Assembly (NCBI GenBank): GCA_951406725.2 | Contig: OX597827.1 | Coordinates: forward strand, 68,696,001 to 68,760,000 | Direction: 5' to 3' | DNA: 64,000 nt | From: Octopus vulgaris | Taxonomy: Eukaryota | In this document: piece by piece, positions 35,008 to 45,042 of the stretch | Position numbering within the stretch: the stretch's first letter is position 1 | How the letters are laid out: every line of letters begins with the position of its first letter | Translations under genes and position numbers: made by a program | The notes under the pieces: generated by a model | What the model was told of the DNA's origin: nothing | What the model saw: the letters and a program-made list of their open reading frames with translations, nothing else | Database searches by the model: none

Positions 35008-37300
35008 TTTGATACTTTGATAGGTTTCGGCCATTATTGGCCCAGGCCATGTCTAACTTAATAGCACCACCTGGTGAAGTCTTTCAAGTCAGAATTTGGG
35101 CACTATGGCCCACTCAAGTAGAGAGTTATTGTTTACAGAGACATATCCGGGTGTAGGGGGTTTATCCGGGATTTCTTGAAGGAATCTGTCCAAAGACTTC
35201 TTGAACCCTATAGGGTCAGTTTCTGTTTTAATGTGTTTTGGTGTAATGTTAAAGAGAGCGGGGCCAATTGAGGTGAAATAATTGTGCCGTATTGTTGTTA
35301 TGAGATGAGAGTGCGATTTTTGTTTTGGGCGGATGGCACGGGGCCCAAGCCTTGGATGTACCTTGAAGGTGATGCCAACATCATTTGGGCAATGCTGATG
35401 GAATATTTTCCACATCATGCAGATGATGTAGCACTCACGACGACGTTGGAGAGAATAGAGTTTTAGCTTTTCTAGTCGACCCCAATAGTCGAGGTCTGTC
35501 ATGCCATCTATCTTTTTTGTGATTGCCCTTTGAGGTGCTTCAACTTTTATGATACCTTGTATTGTGTGGGGAGACCACAGTGGACAACAGTATTCAAGGT
35601 GGGGTCGGGCAAAAGTGGAGAAGAGAAGGATAATGGTGTGGATATCTCTCGACTGGAAAGTTCTGAGAATCCAGGAACACATTCTGCGGGCCATGTCAAT
35701 TTTGGTGTTTATATGAGTGGCCCAGCTTATGTTGTTGTCCACAATTACTCCCAAGTCTCTGATGTTGTTGGACGCCGCGAGAGTTTCACCTGAAGGAAGG
35801 GAGTATGGGAGTTTCAGGGCATCCTCTTTTCCAAAGTGGATTAGCTCAAATTTATCCTCGTTCAGCAGCATATTGTTTTTTTCTGCCCATTGGATAACAG
35901 CCAGTAGATCTGACTGAAGGCATGTCCGGTCACTCGCCTCATTTATGACCTTCTGTAGCTTGGAGTCATCTGCAAAGATTTTTATGTTGCTGTGCTTGAT
36001 GATGTCATTAATATCATTAATGTAAATGATGAAAAGAAGTGGGCCCAGCACAGTGCCTTGCGGAACGCCACTACTGACTTTGGCTGGGCTTGATTTTACC
36101 CCTTCAACTACAACATGTTGAGATCTGTCTGTCAGGAAACACTTGATCCATTTCAGTAACTTTCCAGAGACACCAATGTTGGATAGTTTTTTCAATAGGA
36201 TCTTGTGATCGACCCTGTCGAAGGCCATACTGAAATCAAGGTAGATGACATCGGTGTTGGAGCCCTCTCCCAAAGCTCTCAAAATGTCCTCAAAGTGATG
36301 CAGGAGCTGCGTTAGGCAGTCCCTTCCATTACGGAACCCATGTTGGTTGGAGATCAGCCGTCTGTTGCTTTCCAGAAATTGGGTTATTCGAGATCTCACC
36401 ACCCTCTCAAATACCTTGATGATATGAGAGGTGAGTGAGATCGGACGGTAATTCACTGCAAGGGACTTGTTTCCCTTTTTGAATACTGGGACAACAGACT
36501 GGGACCGAAGGTTTTTTGGAATATAGCCAGCATCCAATGAGTTTCTCCACAGATTAGCAAGGGGAGATGCAAGTTGGTGTCGACACACCTTCAGGACACA
36601 AGCAGGGAACCTATCGGGGCCTACTGCTGAATTGTGTTTTATTTCGTTTATCGCCGCTAAGACATCAGGAGCACTAAACGTTATGTCCGATATAGTGTGT
36701 TGGGGGTTGACATCACTGATACAGCCCAGATCGGCCATATCAGGATTGCTGAAAACAGAGCAGTATTGTTTCTGCAGTATCTCGGCCATGGATTTGGCAT
36801 TATCTTGGAGAGTGCCAGTTTCGTCAATTAGAGGGCCTACAGTGGAGACAGTGACCCTGCGTTTCCTCGCAAATGAAAAGAACACTTTGGGGTTGAGTTT
36901 GATTTTTTCAATGGCCCACTTCTCCTCAGCTGATCTTTGGTTATTGATGAGGGTCTTCATGCATTGTTGGAGGTTATATTTTTTAGATTCAAGAAGTGCG
37001 ATAGCCGTCGAATGTGTGTGTTGCTGTTGGCAGTACTTTAGTTTGTTAATTTTTTTGTTTGTTCTTTTTATTTTTCTGATAATGGTTTTTCTGTTTTGGG
37101 GGATTCTGCACTTTTTGTTCACAGGTCTTGGTGGGGAGTGTTTTGCACATATGTCTGTGACGGTGTCTACAAAGATCTGCCAAGATGTTTTATGGTTGGT
37201 GGAGATGTGTGTATGTGTAAAGGACCAGTCAACATGTGATAGCTCGTTCCTGATTGCATCCCAGTTGGCATTATGGAGATCCATGTTGTCAAATGTTAAA
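35006..37300 (-). mobile_element. 5'-truncated CR1/L2-group non-LTR retrotransposon inserted in a (TA)n tract
   Basis: RT ORF, short structured 3'UTR and (ATCAAAGT)2 tail; long (TA)n on both flanks. Confidence 0.92.
35089..37284 (-). CDS. LINE ORF2 fragment: reverse transcriptase plus C-terminal domain (APE endonuclease lost by truncation)
   Basis: 731 aa with no stops; motifs NYRPISLTS, QHGFR, YLDFSMAFDRVDH, SGVPQGTVLGPLLF, FADD, RDLGV, RPHLEYCCPLWSP are CR1-type. Confidence 0.93.
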   Translation of the reverse strand: MDLHNANWDAIRNELSHVDWSFTHTHISTNHKTSWQIFVDTVTDICAKHSPPRPVNKKCRIPQNRKTIIRKIKRTNKKINKLKYCQQQHTHSTAIALLESKKYNLQQCMKTLINNQRSAEEKWAIEKIKLNPKVFFSFARKRRVTVSTVGPLIDETGTLQDNAKSMAEILQKQYCSVFSNPDMADLGCISDVNPQHTISDITFSAPDVLAAINEIKHNSAVGPDRFPACVLKVCRHQLASPLANLWRNSLDAGYIPKNLRSQSVVPVFKKGNKSLAVNYRPISLTSHIIKVFERVVRSRITQFLESNRRLISNQHGFRNGRDCLTQLLHHFEDILRALGEGSNTDVIYLDFSMAFDRVDHKILLKKLSNIGVSGKLLKWIKCFLTDRSQHVVVEGVKSSPAKVSSGVPQGTVLGPLLFIIYINDINDIIKHSNIKIFADDSKLQKVINEASDRTCLQSDLLAVIQWAEKNNMLLNEDKFELIHFGKEDALKLPYSLPSGETLAASNNIRDLGVIVDNNISWATHINTKIDMARRMCSWILRTFQSRDIHTIILLFSTFARPHLEYCCPLWSPHTIQGIIKVEAPQRAITKKIDGMTDLDYWGRLEKLKLYSLQRRRECYIICMMWKIFHQHCPNDVGITFKVHPRLGPRAIRPKQKSHSHLITTIRHNYFTSIGPALFNITPKHIKTETDPIGFKKSLDRFLQEIPDKPPTPGYVSVNNNSLLEWAIVPKF

Positions 37301-37318
37301 TATATATATATATATATA

Positions 37319-37395
<77 letters not shown>

Positions 37396-37398
<3 letters not shown>

Positions 37399-37706
37399 TT
37401 AATAAGGGTGAGAGAATTAGATACTAATTTAATAGTATATTTATTCCACACCAAGTGGCCTAGTGCTACGAGAAACCTGGATTATTATAATATTTTATAA
37501 CATATTATAATATTTTCACAAAATAAATATAAGAGAGTGTTCACTATATTGATCACTCTAGCACCAGTTAATCCAAGAGGTTTCAACCACGAAAAATACA
37601 TGTTTCCCATGAAAGCCGGTACGACTGTTAGCTCACACGGACAGGGCAAATAAAAAATAACAAAAATACAGATTATCTTGGGACAATTGTTTCGCTATTA
37701 ATGAAT

Positions 37707-37709
<3 letters not shown>
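37396..37709 (-). mobile_element. (TA)n-flanked putative Penelope-like pLTR, truncated within a hammerhead motif
   Basis: Minus strand begins ...atagc GAAAC AATT GTC ccaag (37693-37682), followed by a T-rich tail ending in (TA)n. Confidence 0.45.
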
Positions 37710-37752
<43 letters not shown>

Positions 37753-37754
<2 letters not shown>

Positions 37755-38158
37755 CGCAGGAGTGGCTGTGTGGTAAGTAGCTTGCTAACCAACCACATGG
37801 TTCCGATTTCAGTCCCACTCCGTGGCACCTTCGGCAAGTGTCTTCTGCTATAGCCCCGGGCCGACTCATGCCTTGTGAGTGGATTTGGTAGACGGAAACT
37901 GAAAGAAGCCTGTCGTATATATGTATATATATATTATGTGCGTGTGTTTGTGTGTCTGTGTTTGTCCCCCTTGCATTGCTTGACAACCGATGCTGGTGTG
38001 TTTACGTCCCCGTCACTTAGCGGTTCGGCAAAAGAGACCGATAGAAGAAGTACTGGGCTTACAAAGAATAAGTCCCGGGGTCGATTTGCTCGACTAAAGG
38101 CGGTGCTCCAGCATGGCCGCAGTCAAATGACTGAAACAAGTAAAAGAGTAAAAGAGTA
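37753..38158 (+). mobile_element. SINE family A, full length
   Basis: Matches the consensus from head to tail. Confidence 0.93.
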
Positions 38159-38180
38159 TAAATATATAAATCTTTCGTTT

Positions 38181-38417
38181 TCTTTTGCCGAACCGCTAAG
38201 TTACGGGGACGTAAACACACCAGCATCGGTTGTCCAGCGATGTTGGTGGGGACAAACACAACATACGACTGGCGTCTTTTAGCTTCCGTCTGCCAAATCC
38301 ACTCACAAGGCTTTGGTCGGCCCGAGGCTATAGTAGAAGCCACTTGCCCAAGGTGCCACGCAGTGGGACTGAACCCGGAACCATGTGGTTGGTAAGCTAG
38401 CTACTTACCACACAGCC
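38181..38417 (-). mobile_element. SINE family A, 3'-truncated, short internal microsatellite
   Basis: Reverse complement of the head and central part. Confidence 0.9.
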
Positions 38418-38432
38418 TATGATATATATATA

Positions 38433-38663
38433 TATTTCTTTACTGCCCACAAGGGGCTAAACATAGAGGGGACAAACAAGGACAGACACACGGATTAAGT
38501 CGATTACATCGACCCCAGTGCGTAACTGGAAACTTTATTTATCGACCCCGAAAGGATGAAAGGCAAAGTCGACCTCGGCGGGATTTGAACTCAGAACGTA
38601 AAGACAGACGAAATACGGCTACGCATTTCGCCCGGCATGCTAACGTTTCTGCCACTCGCCGCC
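38433..38663 (-). mobile_element. SINE family B, single unit
   Basis: atcgaccccgaaaggatgaaaggc core; head ends ...ctgccactcgccgcc. Confidence 0.9.
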
Positions 38664-38762
<99 letters not shown>

Positions 38763-38805
38763 TGTATGTATGTATGTATGTATGTATGCATGTATGTATA
38801 GGGAA

Positions 38806-38995
38806 GCACTCCGTCGGTTACGACGACGAGGGTTCCGGTTGTACAACAGAAACAGGAAGTAAGAGTGAGAGAAAGTTGTGGTGAAATAGTACAGCAGGGA
38901 TCACCACCACCCTCTGCCGGAGCCTCGTGGAGCTTTAGGTGTTTTCGCTCAAGAAACACTCACAACGCCCGGTCTGGGAATCGAAACCGCGATCC
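38806..38995 (-). mobile_element. SINE with family D body and family C tail, 5'-truncated
   Basis: Body matches 33810-33930; the 3' end ggaaccctcgtcgtcgtaaccgacggagtgc matches 34690-34720. Confidence 0.8.
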
Positions 38996-39062
38996 TATGT
39001 ATGTATAAACGTATATATATATATATATATGTATGTATATATGTATATACATGTAAACACAC

Positions 39063-39095
<33 letters not shown>

Positions 39096-39459
39096 TTGAG
39101 AGAGAGATGGTTGCATTGTATGGTGACAAAGGGAAATAATTAGCATTCATGGGTGAATAAAACGGAAGAGTTTAAACAAACATCCTCGACGTCAGCGTGA
39201 GCGATTCATGAATGCGTTATTTAACGATGTCTATTCAACTATGTCTAATGTTATATTGCCATATTTTGAACCCTTAAATGTAACTATTATTTAATAGTTT
39301 CCAACACTAATACAATCACCGCCACCACTTCAACCCATCTCTCTCTGTCTCCGTCTCTCAACACATATATATAAATAAGTATAGATAGATAGATAGAAAA
39401 ACAAACGATAGGCAGAAAGGCAGACGACAGATAGATGGATGGACAGAAAGACAGACGAC

Positions 39460-39535
<76 letters not shown>

Positions 39536-39665
39536 GGCCAAGTGTATTTATGGATTTCATATGCATATCCTGTGTGTGCGTATTGTTGAAGAATCGCTTC
39601 TGTGTTTGGTTATCGATATAAAAATGAATACATGAATAATATTTATGTGTAACTTCCACGTATCC

Positions 39666-39718
39666 ATTCTTATATACGCATCCTGTATACATACGCACGT
39701 AAGTACACACGCGTCCAA

Positions 39719-39751
<33 letters not shown>

Positions 39752-39855
39752 TATATTGATATGTATTTATATATATATTTATATAAACACACAAATATAT
39801 ATCCTTATATTCTTATATACGCATCCTGTATACATATAAGTACACACGCGTCCAA

Positions 39856-39896
<41 letters not shown>

Positions 39897-40043
39897 ACAT
39901 ACATATATATTGATATGTATTTATATATATATTTATATAAACACACAAATATATATCCTTATATTCTTATATACGCATCCTGTATACATACGCACGTAAG
40001 TACACACGCGTCCAAATATATATATATATATATACATATATAC

Positions 40044-40100
<57 letters not shown>

Positions 40101-40211
40101 CATATATATTGATATGTATTTATATATATATTTATATAAACACACAAATATATATCCTTATATTCTTATATACGCATCCTGTATACATACGGACGTAAGT
40201 ACACACGCATC

Positions 40212-40215
<4 letters not shown>
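39666..40215. repeat. Four tandem copies of a ~145-200 bp unit with an embedded variable (TA)n
   Basis: attcttatatacgcatcctgtatacat... recurs at ~39666, 39809, 39963 and 40162. Confidence 0.88.
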
Positions 40216-40299
<84 letters not shown>

Positions 40300-40306
40300 T
40301 ATTTAT

Positions 40307-40358
<52 letters not shown>

Positions 40359-40788
40359 TATATACATATATAGTTATATGTATTTACACGTACATATATA
40401 TCCTGTGTATACATGTATAGATACGTTGAATGGCTTCTGTGTTAGTTACAGATATGATTGTGTATATATTTATTATACTGTATTTATTATATAATAGCGA
40501 CATTGTGTTATTGTGTTGTATTCTCGCATCCGATACTCGGTGTCACCCCACAATGGCCGAATCTGAACTTCCTCCGATAGATCTTAATACAACAATGAAG
40601 TAAATTTAAAAGGTTCAGCAGTACATTGTAACACTTAAAAACCGGTCTTTATTGTATGCATAATTGTATGTGTATTTAAATGTCTTTTTCTTCGCAAGCA
40701 TAGCCGAATGGTTAACGTGTCCGTTTAGCAATCGGTACCTCTCGTTTCGGTTTCAATGTCGGTTGTCGTGAACGAGTGGAGATTTTTT

Positions 40789-41193
40789 TTCTTTTCTACT
40801 CTAGGCACAAGGCCTGAAATTTTGGGGGAGGGGGCCAGTCGATTAGATGGAAACCAGTACGTAACTGGTACTTAATTTATCGACCTCGAAAGGATGAAAG
40901 GCAAAGTTGACCTCGACGGAATTTGAACTCAGAACCTTAAAGACAGAAGAAATACCTGTTTCTATTTCTTTACTACCCACAAAGGGCTAAACACAGAGAG
41001 GACAAACAAGGACAGACAAAGGTATTAAGTCGATTACATCGACCCCAGTGCGTAACTGGTACATAATTTATCGACCCCGAAAGGATGAAAGGCACAGCCG
41101 ACCTCGGTGGAATTTGAACTCAGAACGTAACGGCAGGCGAAAAACCGTTTAGCATTTCGCCCGGCGTGCTAACGTTTCTGCCAGCTCTCCGCC
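40789..41193 (-). mobile_element. SINE family B (two units plus terminal tail) inserted in an old family-A-like SINE
   Basis: Consensus match; agatttttttt(t)c flanks both sides as a likely TSD; diverged SINE-like sequence at 40695-40780 resumes at ~41215. Confidence 0.85.
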
Positions 41194-41471
41194 TTTAGAT
41201 TTTTTTTTCTTTTATCATATCCTTGGGTCGACCTAAGCTAAGTGAGTAAAAATGTGTTGATGAAATCAACTACATGGAGTCTTGAAGCAAAAGTCCAGCC
41301 GTGTTAATACGCTGTTGTAGTAGAGTAGTTAAGATGTTCGCTCAGTAATCAGATGGTTTGGTTTCGATCTTAGTGTGTAGTATCTTGGACAAATGTTGTT
41401 TTTTTCTCTTAATTTTTTATAGTCTTAGGTCGACCTAAGCGGTTTGAGCGGAATTTAGATAAGCAAGAACA

Positions 41472-41696
41472 ACTCTTTTACTCTTTTACTTGTTTCAGTC
41501 ATTTGTGACCATGCTGGAGCACCGCCTTTAGTTGAGCAAATCGACCCCAAACTTATTCTTTGTAAGCTTAGTACTTATTCTAATGGTCTCTTTTGCCGAA
41601 CCGCTAAGTTACGGGGACGTAAACACACCAGCATCGGTTGTCAAGCGATGTTGTGGGGACAAACACAGACACAGAAACATATGCACACATACATAT

Positions 41697-41771
<75 letters not shown>

Positions 41772-42046
41772 TTGGCCTGCTCGCTTAGCCAGCGGGGTGG
41801 CGTCATTCAAAGGCTAAAACCAGCGATGTGTAACAACATCTGATGGTCTGGTCGGTCACGTGATCACGTGATATACATATATACGACGGGCTTCTTTCAG
41901 TTTCCGTCAAACAAATCCACTCACAAGGCTTTGGTCGGTCCGAGGCTATAGTAGAAGAGTCTTGCCCAAGATGCCACGCAGTGGGACTGAACCCGGAACC
42001 ATGTGGTTCGTAAGCAAGCTACTTACCACACAGCCACGCCTACGCC
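41472..42046 (-). mobile_element. SINE family A, full length, with a 100-bp insert in its microsatellite
   Basis: Consensus match on both sides of 41773-41872. Confidence 0.9.
41773..41872 (+). mobile_element. Short retroelement 3' end with a (CACGTGAT)2 tail inserted in (TA)n
   Basis: Unique 100 bp between TA runs, ending ggtcacgtgatcacgtgat; an 8-mer tandem tail is typical of L2/CR1-group ends. Confidence 0.5.
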
Positions 42047-42139
42047 TATACAACGATAATTGAGAACCAATGAGGGAATACAAAACATGCGTCTGCTTAG
42101 GATTTTAAATTGTTTAGTTGACAATAGTTATTTGTTTGC

Positions 42140-42262
42140 AGTCTTTTGTTTCATAGAGCTGACCGATAACGAGAAGAATTGGGGGAAGAATATAATCTTA
42201 AATCTAAGGCATTGTTGATGACAGACAACGAATGTTCCATAAAATCCCAGAATCTCGATACT
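42140..42262 (+). pseudogene. Possible pogo/Tigger transposase DDE fragment
   Basis: Translation EELGEEYNLKSKALLMTDN resembles the Tigger KALLxxDN motif; disrupted. Confidence 0.3.
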
Positions 42263-42267
42263 CTTCT

Positions 42268-42687
42268 TATTTCTTTATTGTCCACAAGGGGCTAAACATA
42301 GAGGAGACAAAGAAGGACAGACAAAGGGATTGTACCGCTTACATCGATCCCAGTGCGTAACTGGTACTGAATTTACCGACCCGGAAGGGATGAAAGGCAA
42401 AGTCGACCTCGGCGGAATTTGAACTCAAAACATAAAGACAGACGAAATACCTATTTCTATTTCTTTATTACCCACAAGGGGCTAAACACAGAGGGTACAA
42501 ACAAGGACAGACATAGGTATTAAGTCGATTACATCGACCCCAGTGCGTAACTGGTACTGAATTTACCGTCCCGGAAGGGATGAAAGGCAAAGTCGACCTC
42601 GGTGGGATTTGAACTCAGAACATAAAGACAGACGAAATACCGCTAAGCATTTCGCCCGGCGTGCTAACGTTTCTGCCAGCACGCCGC
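42268..42687 (-). mobile_element. SINE family B, two units
   Basis: Consensus match. Confidence 0.9.
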
Positions 42688-42699
42688 TTTACTTTAATC

Positions 42700-43059
42700 T
42701 TCTTTCTCTCACTCATTGGACTGCGGCCATGCTGGGGCACGGCTTTGAAGAGTTTGATCGAGCAATCGACTATAGTACTTAATTTTGTAATTCTCGTATT
42801 TATTCTATCGATCGCTTTGGTCGAACCACCTAATTACGGAGACGCAATCAAGCCAACACCGGTTTTCAAGTGGTTGTAGAGAACGAAAACACACGTATAC
42901 ACACACGTCGGGGTTTTTTTTTTTTTCAGATTCCATCAACCAAATACGCTCGCAAGACTTTGGCCAGTCCCGGGATTATAGTAGAATACATGCAGTGGAA
43001 CTGAACCTGAAACCACGTGGTTGGGAAGCAAACTTCTTACTCTTTAGCTATGCCAGCGC
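42700..43059 (-). mobile_element. Diverged SINE family A copy
   Basis: ctgcggccatgctggggcac tail and ggaactgaacctgaaaccacgtggttgggaagc head are recognisable. Confidence 0.75.
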
Positions 43060-43126
43060 ATAACTTTCGTTTGTGTTTGTTTCGTTGTTAAAAATAATCT
43101 TTCAAGCTTGTGTCTCTGTTTGCTAT

Positions 43127-43685
43127 ATTCTTTTCAACTCTAGGCACGAGGCCCGACATTTTTAGTGAAGGGACAGTCGATAAGATCAACCTCAGTAGGC
43201 AACTGGTATTTAATTTATCGACTCTGAATCTATGAAAGGCAAATTTGACCTCGGCGGAATTTGAACTCAGAACGTAGCGGCAGACGAAATACCTATTTCT
43301 TTACTACCCACAAGGGGCTAAACACAGGGAAGACAAACAAGGACAGACAAACGGATTAAGTCGATTATATCGACCTCAGTGCGTAATTGGTACTTATTTA
43401 ATCGACCCCGAAAGGATGAAAGGCAAAGTCGACCTCGGCGGAATTTGAACTCAGAACGTAGCGGCAGACGAAATACCTATTTCTTTACTAGCCACAAGGG
43501 GCTAAACACAGAGGGGACAAACAAGGACAGACAAACGGATTAAGTCGATCATATCGACCCCAGTGCGTAACTGGTACTTATTTAATCGACCCCGAAAGGC
43601 TGAAATGCAAAGTCGACCTCAGCGGAATTTGAACTCAGAACGTAGCGGCAGACGAAAATACCGCTAAGCATCTTGCCCGGCGTGT
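43127..43685 (-). mobile_element. SINE family B with three tandem ~184-bp units
   Basis: ttgaactcagaacgtagcggcagacg recurs at 43261, 43445 and 43629. Confidence 0.9.
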
Positions 43686-43801
43686 CCTATTACGCTGGGT
43701 ATTTATGAACTTTTGCGTTCCAGAAATAAATAAAAATTTTAAAACGTTGTAATGCAACCTTATGTGCGTGCGCCATACTCTGACCCTCATTTCTTTTCTA
43801 G

Positions 43802-44010
43802 GCGTATCAACAGCTTCAACATCTCGGATTTCGTTCTGATACAGGAAATAAAAAGGCACACTGTGCACGTTGGTCGAAATACCAACTACTGCGATTCAGA
43901 GATCAACAGTTTCTCGAAGATGACTGGATCCTTCAGGCTCAAGATCCGGAGAGAACTGGGACGTCCTTTAAAGCGGTCAGACGTCATCAAGATGACCATT
44001 CCTTTAATCA
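43802..44010 (+). CDS. Candidate internal exon (209 nt) of an unidentified host gene: RINSFNISDFVLIQEIKRHTVHVGRNTNYCDSEINSFSKMTGSFRLKIRRELGRPLKRSDVIKMTIPLI
   Basis: Branch-like ctgac, acceptor catttcttttctag|G, donor CA|GTGAGT; non-repetitive, GC above background, many C-ending codons in this frame (a second frame is also open). Confidence 0.65.
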
Positions 44011-44105
44011 GTGAGTACCACAGTACTCTGCACCCCTTATGTTAACTTACTCTCTATATCTCTTGTTTGCCCTCCCTTTCTCTCTCTTACTCTCTCTCTC
44101 TCTCT

Positions 44106-44162
<57 letters not shown>

Positions 44163-44334
44163 GCCCTCACTCTCTCTATCTCGAAGATAAAATGTGACTG
44201 AGTAAATCAACCAGCAAACCAGCCAACCAACCAACCAAACAAACAAACAAAGAAACTAGCTAACCAAGAGGAATGGATGGATGGATGGACAGACGGACGG
44301 ACGGACGGATGGATGGATGGATGGATGGATGGGT

Positions 44335-44397
<63 letters not shown>

Positions 44398-44541
44398 GAC
44401 GTCATGAGAATTGATAAACTTCGAGAGAACATGAAATAATTTCGTTTTCTTTCGGAATTAGGATCTCGAAGCAAAAAAATGGTGGTGGAAAGTAGCTGAT
44501 TGTACACCCCAAGAACAAAAGTGTTTAGCTGCCCCTCGCAG

Positions 44542-44714
44542 ACCTGATTGAAAAGACGTTGCCGCAGAGAATGTCCCGCGACATTCGCTACCATAGCCAT
44601 CCTGCCTCGTGGGGCTCTGTTCTCAGACGGGCTACAGTTATGCTACCAATTCAACGCCTTCTTGGCTACTTACCTTTAGCGTCCCTATTGCTGTATTCTG
44701 TAGTCTCAGTGTAG
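44542..44714 (+). CDS. Candidate terminal coding exon: (N)LIEKTLPQRMSRDIRYHSHPASWGSVLRRATVMLPIQRLLGYLPLASLLLYSVVSV*; hydrophobic C-terminus (GPI-signal/anchor-like)
   Basis: Acceptor gctgcccctcgcag|; phase 1 matches the donor at 44010 and gives an open frame to TAG. Confidence 0.55.
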
Positions 44715-44836
44715 CATGGATCCAGCAGACTTATTATCATACGCGTTCCAGCTTAGCCCATCCCGTCATTTTCTTTCTAATGTTGTATACTTAAAACTAA
44801 ACCATTATCTAATTCGTCCTTTCTTACACGACTCAG

Positions 44837-45012
44837 TACTTAGACGGGCCGCAGTTATCCTGTCATTTTACCATCTTCTTGGCTACTTACCTTTAGCGTC
44901 CCTATTGCTGCTGATCTGTAGTCACTGTGTAGCACGGATCAAACAGGCTTATAATCAAATGAGTTCCAGCCTTGTCTGTCTCTTCTTTTTCTTTCAAAGC
45001 GTGTATACCTAG
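44837..45012 (+). CDS. Candidate alternative terminal exon from a 217-bp tandem duplication: (I)LRRAAVILSFYHLLGYLPLASLLLLICSHCVARIKQAYNQMSSSLVCLFFFFQSVYT*
   Basis: ctaat branch plus tcgtcctttcttacacgactcag| acceptor, same phase 1; paralogous to 44616-44822. Confidence 0.35.
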
Positions 45013-45042
45013 AATTAAACCATTATCTTAATTCGTCCTTCG

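Noticed and set aside
36632-37321. 229-aa plus-strand ORF
   Set aside because: Antisense shadow of the LINE RT ORF
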